Virus record (IMG/VR): IMGVR_UViG_3300045988_113752
Coordinates: 1 to 24,654 of that record
Length of the DNA stretch: 24,654 nucleotides
Reading direction: 5' to 3' (one strand)
Origin: a virus
Taxonomy: Duplodnaviria > Heunggongvirae > Uroviricota > Caudoviricetes
Positions 1 through 9,344 of this stretch are shown one piece after another. Within the stretch, counting starts at the first letter, position 1. Each line of letters begins with the position of its first letter. A program made the translations under genes and the position numbers. The notes below the pieces were generated by a model. The model did not search any database. It was not told where the DNA came from and saw nothing but the letters and a program-made list of their open reading frames with translations.

Positions 1-2
1 TG

Positions 3-332
3 GTTGATGCTTATCCGAAGATTCTGGCAGGTGTTCAGCAGCGCCAGGCAGAAGCCTGGCAGAAAACAACCGAGCAGTGGGCTGCGGATGTAAAAGCTGA
101 CAAAGAAATCGGTGGCGACAAGTTGATTTCTAACCTTAGCGCCGCACAGCGTGCGCTTGACCAGTTCGGGACACCTGAACTCAAAGAATATCTGAACACC
201 ACCGGGCTGGGTAATCACCCTGATCTGGTCAAAACGTTCGTGAAAATCGGAAAGGCGATGTCTGAAGATGGCATGGTCACCGGTGGTAATGAAGGCCAGC
301 GTAGTGCGGCCGAAGTGCTCTATGGCAAATAA
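3..332 (+). CDS. Scaffolding-like protein, C-terminal fragment (gene continues upstream of the window)
   Basis: Frame is open from position 3 to the TAA at 330-332, so the listed 123..332 ORF is the tail of a longer gene. It sits directly upstream of the capsid gene and is charged and Ala/Gln/Lys-rich. It ends in SAAEVLYGK, a motif shared with the ORF at 2219..2542. Confidence 0.45.
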   Translation, partial: VDAYPKILAGVQQRQAEAWQKTTEQWAADVKADKEIGGDKLISNLSAAQRALDQFGTPELKEYLNTTGLGNHPDLVKTFVKIGKAMSEDGMVTGGNEGQRSAAEVLYGK

Positions 333-340
333 GAGAGGAA

Positions 341-1333
341 ATGACAATGGCTGTTAAAGGCTTAACTGCGCTAACGCTGGCTGACTGGGGTAAGCGCGTC
401 GATCCAAACGGGAAAGTCGATAAGATTATCGAGCTTCTCGGTCAAACTAACCCGATCCTTCAGGATATGCCTTTTGTCGAAGGGAACCTTCCTACCGGAC
501 ACCGAACCACCATTCGTTCTGGTTTACCTTCAGCTACCTGGCGTTTGCTGAACTATGGCGTACAGCCAAGCAAATCAACCACAGTGCAGGTAACCGATTC
601 CGTTGGCATGCTGGAAACCTATGCTGAAGTCGATAAGTCACTGGCTGATCTGAACGGCAATACCGCTGAATTCCGCCTGTCTGAAGACCGCGCATTTATT
701 GAAGCGATGAATCAGCAGATGGCGCAGACGCTGTTTTATGGTGATTCCAGCGTTAACCCTCAGCAGTTTATGGGACTGTCCTCCCGCTATTCCAGCCTGT
801 CTGCGGGTAATGCTCAGAACATCATTGATGCTGGTGGCACGGGTACAGATAACACCTCAATCTGGTTAGTGGTGTGGGGCGAAAACACCGTGCATGGCAT
901 CTTCCCGAAAGGGCAGAAGGCTGGCATCCAGATGGAAGATAAAGGCCAGGTGACACTGGAAGATGCGAATGGCGGCAAGTACGAAGGCTACCGTACCCAT
1001 TACAAATGGGACAACGGACTTGCTCTGCGTGACTGGCGTTATGTTGTTCGCATTGCAAACATCGATGTCAGCAATCTTTCAGAACCTTCCTCTGCCGCAA
1101 ATATTGCGAAGTTGATGGTTAAAGCACTGCATCGCATTCCAAATCGTGGCATGGGTCGCCCGGTGTTCTACATGAACCGCACTGTAGGCCAGGCTCTTGA
1201 TCTGCAATCTCTGGAGAAAACATCTCTGGCGATCAGCGTAAAAGAGACAGAAGGCGAGTGGTGGACTTCATTCCGTGGTGTACCAATCCGTGAAACTGAT
1301 GCGCTTCTGGAAACAGAAGCCCGCGTGGTGTAA
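341..1333 (+). CDS. Major capsid protein (putative)
   Basis: 330-aa ORF with RBS agagagga 2-9 nt upstream of ATG 341. It follows the scaffold-like gene and precedes a hairpin. Size and position fit a major capsid protein; the fold assignment is inferred, not verified. Confidence 0.65.
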   Translation: MTMAVKGLTALTLADWGKRVDPNGKVDKIIELLGQTNPILQDMPFVEGNLPTGHRTTIRSGLPSATWRLLNYGVQPSKSTTVQVTDSVGMLETYAEVDKSLADLNGNTAEFRLSEDRAFIEAMNQQMAQTLFYGDSSVNPQQFMGLSSRYSSLSAGNAQNIIDAGGTGTDNTSIWLVVWGENTVHGIFPKGQKAGIQMEDKGQVTLEDANGGKYEGYRTHYKWDNGLALRDWRYVVRIANIDVSNLSEPSSAANIAKLMVKALHRIPNRGMGRPVFYMNRTVGQALDLQSLEKTSLAISVKETEGEWWTSFRGVPIRETDALLETEARVV

Positions 1334-1349
1334 CGCCTGTTATTAACCT

Positions 1350-1369
1350 GTGGGTCGTAACAGACCCAC
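1350..1369 (+). promoter_or_regulatory. Stem-loop after the capsid gene (GTGGGTC-gtaaca-GACCCAC), no U-tract
   Basis: Perfect 7-bp stem with 6-nt loop, 17 nt after the capsid stop. Not followed by a T-run, so more likely an RNA stability or processing element than an intrinsic terminator. Confidence 0.35.
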
Positions 1370-1384
1370 TAATGGAGAAAGAAG

Positions 1385-1822
1385 ATGATCACCGACAAAC
1401 TGTTGATGTTCTCCGAAGCTCAGGCGGTTACGAATACCGCGGCTTCTACTGACGTAATCGATCTCGGTCCAATTGACGGAAAACGTCGTGATATCGGCGT
1501 GGGTTACCCGCTTGAGTTTTGGGCGCTGGTTAACACAGCCGCCGCGGCAAGCGGTGATGCAACTGTAAACATCCAGTTGCAGACGAGTGAGAATAACAGC
1601 TCATGGACCACTATTTATGATAGTGGCGCACTGGCAAAGACCGCCCTGACAGCAGGTAAACGAGTTGTTTCTGCAAAGGTGCCTGCCGGTGTTCAGCGAT
1701 ATCTGCGTGTTAACTACTCCGTCGCAACTGGCCCACTAACGGCTGGCGAATTCACTGCTGGTATCAGTCTTGATGTTGATGCCAATACGCCGTATCCGAT
1801 CCGCTCAAAAGTAACTGGTTAA
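1385..1822 (+). CDS. Hypothetical virion protein (possible capsid decoration/head protein)
   Basis: 145-aa ORF with RBS ggagaaag upstream of the ATG. Location immediately after the capsid gene. Function inferred from position only. Confidence 0.5.
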   Translation: MITDKLLMFSEAQAVTNTAASTDVIDLGPIDGKRRDIGVGYPLEFWALVNTAAAASGDATVNIQLQTSENNSSWTTIYDSGALAKTALTAGKRVVSAKVPAGVQRYLRVNYSVATGPLTAGEFTAGISLDVDANTPYPIRSKVTG

Positions 1823-1832
1823 GGTGATATCG

Positions 1833-2168
1833 ATGTCAGGTGAGAAACCAAGATACCGCGTTCTGCGCCTCTCTCATATCCATAACACTCTGTGGCCGGA
1901 GGGGGCAGAAATCGAATACGAAGGTGAGCCCGGTAGCGCACTGGAACCTGTTAACGATGCAGCCAGACAGGCAAAAGCAAAAATTGCAGGAAAGGTGTCA
2001 ATGGCAGCAACCAGCACCAAAATCATCAACGATGTGTCAGATGATGGTGAACTGGATAAGCTCCGTGAAGAGTACGAATTGCTCTTTAACGAGAAGCCAC
2101 ACCATAACGCCAAAGCCGAAACGCTCCGCGAGAAGATCGCAGATAAGCGTAAAGAACTGGGCGTGTAA
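1833..2168 (+). CDS. Hypothetical protein (head module)
   Basis: The track ORF starts at GTG 1824; the first ATG is at 1833, with aaggtga upstream. Charged, Lys/Glu-rich 111-aa product. Followed by a terminator. Confidence 0.5.
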   Translation: MSGEKPRYRVLRLSHIHNTLWPEGAEIEYEGEPGSALEPVNDAARQAKAKIAGKVSMAATSTKIINDVSDDGELDKLREEYELLFNEKPHHNAKAETLREKIADKRKELGV

Positions 2169-2184
2169 GCCTCGCGGATCAGAC

Positions 2185-2206
2185 AAGGGGCTTCGGCCCC
2201 TTTATT
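2185..2206 (+). terminator. Rho-independent terminator (aaGGGGC-ttcg-GCCCCtt then TTTATT)
   Basis: GC-rich 5-7 bp stem with TTCG tetraloop followed by a T-rich run, downstream of the head genes. Confidence 0.55.
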
Positions 2207-2218
2207 GCAGGAGTGTAT

Positions 2219-2542
2219 ATGGAACTCGTAAACCTCAAAACCGGCACTGACAGCTACCAGGATGAGAGCGGAGAAACCAGAACTCGCGATGAATACCCGT
2301 GGGGGCTGTGCATCACTCTTAATAACGACACATTGAATAAGCTGAAGGCGCAACCTCAGGGCGTCGGAACAGAAGTGATGATAACTGCAAAGGCTGTTAT
2401 TCGAGGCCTGTCTGCCAGAGAAACTGACGATGGTGTTAATCGCAGCGCCGATCTGCAGATCACTGATATGGCGATCGCTCCTGTTTCCGGGGATGTAGAA
2501 AAATCAGCGGCTGAAACCCTGTACGGCAATGGGGGTGAGTAA
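2219..2542 (+). CDS. Hypothetical protein with scaffold-like C-terminal motif (SAAETLYG)
   Basis: The track ORF starts at GTG 2213; ATG at 2219 has gcaggag upstream. Its C-terminus (EKSAAETLYGNGGE) resembles the scaffold C-terminus (QRSAAEVLYGK) at protein level but not at DNA level. Confidence 0.5.
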   Translation: MELVNLKTGTDSYQDESGETRTRDEYPWGLCITLNNDTLNKLKAQPQGVGTEVMITAKAVIRGLSARETDDGVNRSADLQITDMAIAPVSGDVEKSAAETLYGNGGE

Positions 2543-3147
2543 TGGCCTCTGTAGTAGAGATCTGCAATCGTGCGCTGTCCAATATTGGCAATAGCCGCAG
2601 CATTAACAGCCTGACGGAAGCCAGCAAGGAAGCGGGGGAATGTTCGCTGCACTTTGAGGCCTGCCGTGATGCTGTGCTTTCTGATTTTGACTGGAACTTT
2701 GCTACCAAACGCGTGGCGCTTGCAGATACGAACAATCCACCGCCTGACTGGGAATATGCGTACCAGTACCCGTCCGATTGTCTGCGCATTACTGAAATTA
2801 TGCTTCCTGGTGTACGCAATCCAACAGCAGCAATGCGCGTTCAGTACGAAGTTGGTGCAGACACCAACGGAACAGGAAAGTTGATCTACACAGACCAGCC
2901 GCAGGCATGGCTCAAGTATGTATCTCGCGTTACAGATGTGAACATGTTTGATGCCATTTTTATGGAGGCGTTGGCCTGGCGTCTTGCGGCAGCTATTAAC
3001 ATGGCGCTGACTGGGAATGCAGACCTCGGTACGTTTGCCCTCAATATGTACAATCGCGTGATTCTTAGTGCTGGCTCGCATAGCCAGAATGAATCACAGG
3101 AACCACTGCCACCGGTTGACGAGTTTACCATTGCGAGGTTGTCCTGA
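2542..3147 (+). CDS. Tail tubular protein A-like (gp11-like adaptor), putative
   Basis: 201 aa; start overlaps the previous stop (TAATG). Immediately precedes a large gp12-like gene. Size and position match T7-type tail tubular protein A. Confidence 0.45.
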   Translation: MASVVEICNRALSNIGNSRSINSLTEASKEAGECSLHFEACRDAVLSDFDWNFATKRVALADTNNPPPDWEYAYQYPSDCLRITEIMLPGVRNPTAAMRVQYEVGADTNGTGKLIYTDQPQAWLKYVSRVTDVNMFDAIFMEALAWRLAAAINMALTGNADLGTFALNMYNRVILSAGSHSQNESQEPLPPVDEFTIARLS

Positions 3148-5618
3148 TGGCTATCAGTTGGATCCAGCCCAGCTTTGCCGGTGGTGAGATTGGACCGTCG
3201 TTGTACGGTCGTATCGACATGGCGAAGTACCAGGTGGCATTGCGCAAGTGCGATAACTTTATCGTGCGGCAGTATGGCGGCGTTGAGAATCGACCTGGTA
3301 CGCGTTTTGTCGGTGCCGCCAAATACCCAAATCGGAAATGCCGCCTGATCCCGTTCCAGTTCTCGACGGTTCAGACTTATGCTCTGGAGTTCGGACACCA
3401 GTACATGCGCGTTATCAAAGATGGTGCGTTGGTGCTGAACAGCAGCAATGTTATTTATGAAATTGCCACGCCATATACTGAAGCCGATCTGTTCCGAATT
3501 AAATTCACGCAAAGCGCCGACGTGCTTACGCTGGTTCACCCGGCATACCCGCCGAAAGAGTTGCGTCGCTATGCGCATGACAACTGGCAACTGGTTGATG
3601 TGGTAACGAAGAACGGGCCATTTGAAGATATCAATATTGACGAGTCAGTGACGGTTTATGCCAGCGCCAGCACCGGGACAATTACGTTAACGGCAAGCGC
3701 CTCTATTTTTGGCGCGGAGCAGGTAGGCAAATTGTTCTATCTGGAACAGCCAGCAGTGGATTCAGTGCCGGTATGGGAAACCAGTAAGAGTACGTCGATT
3801 GGCGATATTCGCCGTGCAGACAGTAACTACTATCGCGCCGTTACAGCAGGCAAAACTGGTACTTTGCGCCCTTCGCATACAGAAGGCACATCATGGGATG
3901 GCTGGGGCGGATCCGGTGATGATGATACTGGCATTGAGTGGGAGTATCTGCACAGTGGGTTTGGCATTGCCCGTATCACTGCTGTAAACGGCACTACTGC
4001 AACTGCCGAGGTGATTTCCTATATCCCTTCGCAGGTCGTTGGCGAGGATAATGCCAGCTATAAATGGGCTAAATATGCCTGGAACAGTGTTAATGGTTAT
4101 CCTGGCACTGTTGTTTATTATCAACAACGTCTTTACTTCGCCGCATCGACTGCGTTTCCTCAGACTATCTGGGCCAGCCGTACCGGGGATTATAAGGATT
4201 TTGGCAAAAGCAATCCTACGCAGGATAACGACAGAATTATCTACACCTATGCCGGGCGTCAGGTTAATGAGATCCGCCACCTGATTGATGTCGGTTCGCT
4301 GGTGGCACTGACTTCCGGAGGTGAGTACGTCATCACCGGCGACCAGAACAAAGTGTTAACCCCATCATCATTTGCATTCAGCTCTCAGGGATCAAATGGC
4401 TCGAGCAATGTCCCACCAATTGCCGTGGCGAATATTGCTCTGTTCGTCCAGGAGAAAGGCAGTGTTGTCCGTGATCTGGCCTACTCATTCGATGTTGACG
4501 GCTATCAGGGGAACGACCTGACCATCCTTGCCAATCATCTTTTTCAGAAGCACAGCATTGTTGACTGGTGCTTCTCTATTGTCCCTTACTCCAGCGCCTT
4601 CTGCATTCGTGATGACGGTAAATTACTGGTGATGACCTATTTGCGTGATCAGCAGGTTTTTGCATGGGCACCACAATCCAGTACCGGAAAATATGAAAGC
4701 ACATGCAGTATCAGCGAAGGAAATGAAGATGCGGTGTATTTCGTCGTTAACCGAACCGTTAACGGGCAAACAGTGAGATACATCGAGCGACTGTCCAGCC
4801 GTTTATTTACCAGCGATGAAGATGCTTTCTTTGTTGATTCTGGCCTTAGCTATGATGGAAGAAATACGTCTGACAGAACGATGACCATCACTGGTGGTTC
4901 TGGCGAATGGGATTATCGCGCGGAATATACAATCAGTGTTTCTGGTGGTGCGTACTTCACCAGTAGTGATGTCGGCGCGCAACTACAGTTCCCTTATGTC
5001 GGAACTGATCCTGATACTGGCGATGAAGTGTCAAAAGAATTACGTTGCGACATTATTTCTGTAACCAGCAATACCGCTGTAGTGGTTCGCGCTAACAGGA
5101 ACGTCCCGCCATCCCTCAGGAATGTGGCCACCACGAACTGGCAGATGGCGCGCCGGACATTTGGAGGCCTGTCTCATCTTGAAGGCCAGACCGTAAACAT
5201 TCTCTCTGATGCGAACGTGGAGCCACAGAAAGTGGTTTCCGGAGGTGCCGTCACGCTGGAATCACCGGGAGCTGTTGTGCACATCGGCCTGCCAATAACT
5301 GCTGAATTCGAAACACTGGATATCAACATTAACGGACAGGAAACGCTGCTGGACAAAAAACAGGTGATCCCGTCCGTTACTCTGGTTGTGAATGCCAGTC
5401 GCGGCATCTGGGCGACTACGCCCGGCGGTAAATGGTACGAATATCCACAGCGTGAATTCGAGTTCTACGATGATCCTGTTGATGATGCTACCGGAAAAGT
5501 AGAAGTGAAACTGGACAGTAACTGGGGCAAAAACGGACGTGTAAAAATCCGTCAGCTTGATCCGTTGCCGCTGTCTGTTCTTGCCGTTATTCCTCGCCTT
5601 ACTGTTGGGGGATTCTGA
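3147..5618 (+). CDS. Tail tubular protein B-like (gp12-like nozzle), putative
   Basis: 823 aa; start overlaps the previous stop (TGATG). The N-terminal pattern (GGEIGPSLYGRID...RKCDNF...RPGTRF) resembles the T7 gp12 family as I recall it. Size matches. Confidence 0.55.
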   Translation: MAISWIQPSFAGGEIGPSLYGRIDMAKYQVALRKCDNFIVRQYGGVENRPGTRFVGAAKYPNRKCRLIPFQFSTVQTYALEFGHQYMRVIKDGALVLNSSNVIYEIATPYTEADLFRIKFTQSADVLTLVHPAYPPKELRRYAHDNWQLVDVVTKNGPFEDINIDESVTVYASASTGTITLTASASIFGAEQVGKLFYLEQPAVDSVPVWETSKSTSIGDIRRADSNYYRAVTAGKTGTLRPSHTEGTSWDGWGGSGDDDTGIEWEYLHSGFGIARITAVNGTTATAEVISYIPSQVVGEDNASYKWAKYAWNSVNGYPGTVVYYQQRLYFAASTAFPQTIWASRTGDYKDFGKSNPTQDNDRIIYTYAGRQVNEIRHLIDVGSLVALTSGGEYVITGDQNKVLTPSSFAFSSQGSNGSSNVPPIAVANIALFVQEKGSVVRDLAYSFDVDGYQGNDLTILANHLFQKHSIVDWCFSIVPYSSAFCIRDDGKLLVMTYLRDQQVFAWAPQSSTGKYESTCSISEGNEDAVYFVVNRTVNGQTVRYIERLSSRLFTSDEDAFFVDSGLSYDGRNTSDRTMTITGGSGEWDYRAEYTISVSGGAYFTSSDVGAQLQFPYVGTDPDTGDEVSKELRCDIISVTSNTAVVVRANRNVPPSLRNVATTNWQMARRTFGGLSHLEGQTVNILSDANVEPQKVVSGGAVTLESPGAVVHIGLPITAEFETLDININGQETLLDKKQVIPSVTLVVNASRGIWATTPGGKWYEYPQREFEFYDDPVDDATGKVEVKLDSNWGKNGRVKIRQLDPLPLSVLAVIPRLTVGGF

Positions 5619-6082
5619 TGATCGATGTTCAAATTATTCCCGCTACCGAAGAGCATCTTCAGATGATTTTGCCGGATGTTCGTCAGGCTGATATTGACGA
5701 ACTGTATGCGGTATCGCTGATGACTACCAAAGATGCGCTGCGTGTTGGTCTGCGCACTGCGACTATGGCCTGGTCAGGGTTCGCGAACGGAGAACTGGTA
5801 ACCATGTTTGGCGTATCTCCGGCGTCAATGATCGGTGGCAATGGTACGCCCTGGCTGGTCGGAACCAGCCGTATTGAAAAATATCAGAGGACATTTCTTC
5901 GCCACTGCCGACCTGTATTGCAGCAGATGCTGGCAGTTTATCCGCGCCTGGAAAACTATGTCGACGAGCGAAACCATGTTGCCAAAGCATGGCTGCACTG
6001 GCTTGGATTCAGGCTTGAAGAAGCCGCGCCTTATGGTGCTCTTGGTCTTAATTTCCACAGATTTCACATGGAGAGAAAATAA
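5618..6082 (+). CDS. Internal virion protein (hypothetical)
   Basis: 154 aa, translationally coupled (TGATG) to the flanking genes. Positioned like T7 gp13. Product unverified. Confidence 0.5.
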   Translation: MIDVQIIPATEEHLQMILPDVRQADIDELYAVSLMTTKDALRVGLRTATMAWSGFANGELVTMFGVSPASMIGGNGTPWLVGTSRIEKYQRTFLRHCRPVLQQMLAVYPRLENYVDERNHVAKAWLHWLGFRLEEAAPYGALGLNFHRFHMERK

Positions 6083-6627
6083 TGTGCGATCCGGTTATTG
6101 CTGGTGGCGCAATGCTCGCCATGAGTGGCATTCAGGCATACACCCAGTACCAACAGGGAAAGTATGCCTCGAAGGTTGCAGAAGCGAACGCAGATATAGC
6201 CACTGCTCAGGCAAATGATGCAATAAACAGAGGTAACGCTGAAGCTGAGCAACGGCGCAGAGAGACCCGACAGCGGCTTGGTACACAGGCGGCGACAATG
6301 GGGGCTACCGGCGCTGATTTATCTACAGGTAACGCGCTGGATATATTTGGCGACACTGCCCAGTTTGGCGCTCTTGATTCTCTGACGACGGTGAATAACG
6401 CGCAACGCGAGGCTTACGGTTATCAGGTTCAGGCTGCCAACTATAAAGCAGAAGCCAGTTCAGCCCGTAAACAGGGGAATGTGGGATCAGCAACAACATT
6501 GCTCACTGCGCCTCTGAAGGCATACGGTGCGTACCAGATGTTTGGTGGGACGTGGAGTCCGTTTACTCAAAGCACCCCTGCGCCAATCGGGGCAGCAGCA
6601 GGAACCAGATTACCCGGAGGATTATAA
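6082..6627 (+). CDS. Internal virion protein (hypothetical), Ala/Gly/Gln-rich
   Basis: 181 aa with a hydrophobic N-terminus, coupled (TAATG) to flanking genes. Positioned like T7 gp14. Confidence 0.5.
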   Translation: MCDPVIAGGAMLAMSGIQAYTQYQQGKYASKVAEANADIATAQANDAINRGNAEAEQRRRETRQRLGTQAATMGATGADLSTGNALDIFGDTAQFGALDSLTTVNNAQREAYGYQVQAANYKAEASSARKQGNVGSATTLLTAPLKAYGAYQMFGGTWSPFTQSTPAPIGAAAGTRLPGGL

Positions 6628-9344
6628 TGCCAGTCGTACCAACAGTATCCGGACGCCAGGTGCAAAGTCGTGGTGTGCAAACCGGTGGTTTTCAGACCTT
6701 CGATGTTCCTCAAGCAGGTCAGGTGCTGGCGAATGTCGCAGATCAGTATGCGGTGGCATATGGTGAAGCCAGGCAGAAAGCGAATGTTGCATTGTCTCAG
6801 GATGCCATCCTTCAGCTTAATCAGCGCAGCAATGAACGTCTTTATAACCCTCAAACCGGTTTTTATGCACAACAAGGCAAAAATGCGATTGGTAAGGGGC
6901 AAGAGTACATATCTGGATTTGATCAGGATGTGGAAGAAATAGCTGCTTCATTGACTGATGAAGCAGCAAGAAATATGTTTTTGCAACAAGCCAGAACACA
7001 GAAAATTCAGTTCAGTACTGGAGTTCTCAGACATGAGATAGGGCAGACAAATGCCTATGAAGATGAGCAATATCAGGCAACGAGAAAATTATGGATACAA
7101 AATGAAGCGGATGCCTGGAATGACCCGCAAACTGCCACTTTAGCCAGAAATTCCAGAATGGTAGCCATTGCCAGATATGGAGCTGCCAGGGGATGGTCAC
7201 AAGAACGCATTCTGGAAGAAATAGAAAGTGATGATCGCCGTGCCACAGAAATGCGGGCGAAGAATTATGCCGCTGCCAATCCAGAAGGATGGCTAAATGG
7301 TCTGTTTCAGAAAAATGATTCTGGAGGCATGGACATGCGTGCCATACGCCTTGTTGAATCAGGTGATCGACATTTTAATCCTGATGGTAGTCTTCTTGAA
7401 GGACCGATAACATCTTCTGGAGAGAGAGCCCAGGGGAAATACCAGTTAATGCCGGGCACAGGGAAAGAACTGGCGGCCAAGCGTGGCGTTAAATACAACC
7501 CTACGGACGAACAACAGCATGAAATGCTCGCCAGTGACTATGTAAATCAACTGTATGGTAAGTACGGCTCCGAAATATTGACCGGAGCAGCATATAACTG
7601 GGGGATGGGTAACGTGGATAAACTGATCGCCAAAGTCGGTGATCCACGTAAAGGTGAAATATCAGAAGAAGAATTTATCCGAAATCTTCCATCAGAAACA
7701 CAAGGGTGGCTTTCCCGATATAGAAAAAATAAAACTGGAATGGATCCGCTGACTATTTATCAAATAGATAACCTTGCTAATAGTCAGATAGAAAAGCAAA
7801 GGAAGTTAATATTAGAACAGCTTGAGCCAGCTATTAATAACACCATGGCCCAGCTATATAACGGTGAGGTTCCAGATTATATACCGGCTCAGGAGACTAT
7901 CATCAGGGGGTATGGAAAAAATGCAGATAAAATAATCAATCAACTGGATATAGCGATTGATAACGCGAGAATATTCCAGGCAATTCAGTATTTACCTCCT
8001 TCTCAGCAGCAAGAAGAAATGCAGAAAGTGAAGCCTGAGGTTAACGATCCTCACTATGCGTTAAAACTCGATGCTTACGGAAAATTGTCTGCATTGCTTC
8101 AGCGATCAAATGAAGCAATTCAGGCGCAACGTGATTCACGCAGATTCAATGAGGCGCTGACAATAGGTGAAAAATTAGACCCAAGCAACAAATCAATGCA
8201 GAAAGCTGCTGATTACACAGAAATGGCGCAGAACTTTCGTATTAATGATGCCTCCACTCATGATGGGGTTGTTCGGCTTGTGGCTCAGACTGGCATCATG
8301 CCTTCGCAGGTCATCACGCAGCTTTCAGCAGTATCCAGATCCAGCAATCAGGAAGTGGTTAAAAATGCAGCGAATTTGTTTAGTCGGTTATATGAAACAG
8401 ACAATGCATCTATTGGAAATATGCCGAAGGATATGCAGGGTTTTTATCTGACTGTTAAGCAACTAACAGATTCTGGCATGTCTGCTGATGCGGCTATCGA
8501 GCAGGCGCAGAACCTGACGTACAACCAGACCGATGCTCTTAAAGCTCAATTGGCATCAACGCAGAGTTCAAAAGAGTACAAAAATAATCGCAGCAAGGCG
8601 ATGAATTCTGCTGTCAGCAATATGGCGCAGTGGTTCCGTTGGGATCCGTCTGCGGATGACCAGACGCCGGAAGCAGCTAGATTCCGTAATGACTATCAGA
8701 CGCTGTATGACATTAACTACCGCGTTGCTGGTGGTAACGCTGACGTAGCGAAGCAAATGACCAACCAGCAGATAGCCCGCACCTGGAGTATCAGCGAGGT
8801 TAACGGAGAAGCGCAGTTTATGAAATATGCACCGGAGGCGCTTTATCAATATGGGCCGTCAGGCTGGCAGGCGGCGCAGTGGAAAGCTGAAAAAGAACGG
8901 CTGATGTACGGTGAGCGCAAAGAGATTATAACAACCAGTCCGACGTTGCTTGGGATCACGTCAGGTAATGCTCCTGTAGTTGAGACAAAAACCCCTGAGA
9001 GTCGTATTAATGGAGAATTATTCATAACCCCTGACGTGTTAACACCTCGTAATGGTGATTACGCCATTATGGTAAGAACTAAGGATGAAAATGGCATCGA
9101 TCGGGTCCAGCCGTTTTATAACAAACATGGGCGTCCTATGCGTTGGGAACCATCACTAGAAGATTGGGAACCTTATAAGAAAATGCAGCAGGAACGGGAG
9201 CAGTACGAGCAGGAAGAAATTATGCGTGGACAGGCTATACGAAACTTCAAAGACAAGCATCGCGCTCTGGATGAGCAGTATCAGCGCCTGCATAACGAAC
9301 GTATGGACAAATTTAAAGATTACTTTTCGTGGGGATCTAAATAA
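6627..9344 (+). CDS. Internal virion/ejection protein with lytic transglycosylase (SLT-like) domain
   Basis: The track ORF begins at 6552, but ATG 6627 overlaps the upstream stop and has ggagg upstream. The protein carries ESG...GKYQLMPGTG...AAYNWGMGNV, matching the SLT catalytic-Glu / GLMQ / AYNAG motif pattern. Confidence 0.7.
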   Translation: MPVVPTVSGRQVQSRGVQTGGFQTFDVPQAGQVLANVADQYAVAYGEARQKANVALSQDAILQLNQRSNERLYNPQTGFYAQQGKNAIGKGQEYISGFDQDVEEIAASLTDEAARNMFLQQARTQKIQFSTGVLRHEIGQTNAYEDEQYQATRKLWIQNEADAWNDPQTATLARNSRMVAIARYGAARGWSQERILEEIESDDRRATEMRAKNYAAANPEGWLNGLFQKNDSGGMDMRAIRLVESGDRHFNPDGSLLEGPITSSGERAQGKYQLMPGTGKELAAKRGVKYNPTDEQQHEMLASDYVNQLYGKYGSEILTGAAYNWGMGNVDKLIAKVGDPRKGEISEEEFIRNLPSETQGWLSRYRKNKTGMDPLTIYQIDNLANSQIEKQRKLILEQLEPAINNTMAQLYNGEVPDYIPAQETIIRGYGKNADKIINQLDIAIDNARIFQAIQYLPPSQQQEEMQKVKPEVNDPHYALKLDAYGKLSALLQRSNEAIQAQRDSRRFNEALTIGEKLDPSNKSMQKAADYTEMAQNFRINDASTHDGVVRLVAQTGIMPSQVITQLSAVSRSSNQEVVKNAANLFSRLYETDNASIGNMPKDMQGFYLTVKQLTDSGMSADAAIEQAQNLTYNQTDALKAQLASTQSSKEYKNNRSKAMNSAVSNMAQWFRWDPSADDQTPEAARFRNDYQTLYDINYRVAGGNADVAKQMTNQQIARTWSISEVNGEAQFMKYAPEALYQYGPSGWQAAQWKAEKERLMYGERKEIITTSPTLLGITSGNAPVVETKTPESRINGELFITPDVLTPRNGDYAIMVRTKDENGIDRVQPFYNKHGRPMRWEPSLEDWEPYKKMQQEREQYEQEEIMRGQAIRNFKDKHRALDEQYQRLHNERMDKFKDYFSWGSK

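Noticed and set aside
822-1058. 78-aa minus-strand ORF inside the capsid gene
   Set aside because: Fully antisense to a well-supported structural gene, Cys/His-rich, no RBS. Typical spurious ORF.
1840-2353. Overlapping ORFs 1840..2250 (+) and 1874..2353 (-)
   Set aside because: Both overlap the better-supported 1833..2168 and 2219..2542 genes in alternative frames or antisense. They have no RBS and Arg/Ser-rich composition.
2356-3590. Long minus-strand ORFs (241 aa and 234 aa) across the tail tubular genes
   Set aside because: Antisense to a translationally coupled operon with coherent plus-strand genes. Arg/Cys-rich translations typical of antisense frames in GC-balanced DNA.
6552-6626. 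N-terminal extension of the SLT-domain protein from ATG 6552
   Set aside because: It would overlap the upstream gene by 75 nt. ATG 6627 overlaps the upstream stop (TAATG) and has a GGAGG RBS, matching the coupling seen at every other junction in the operon.
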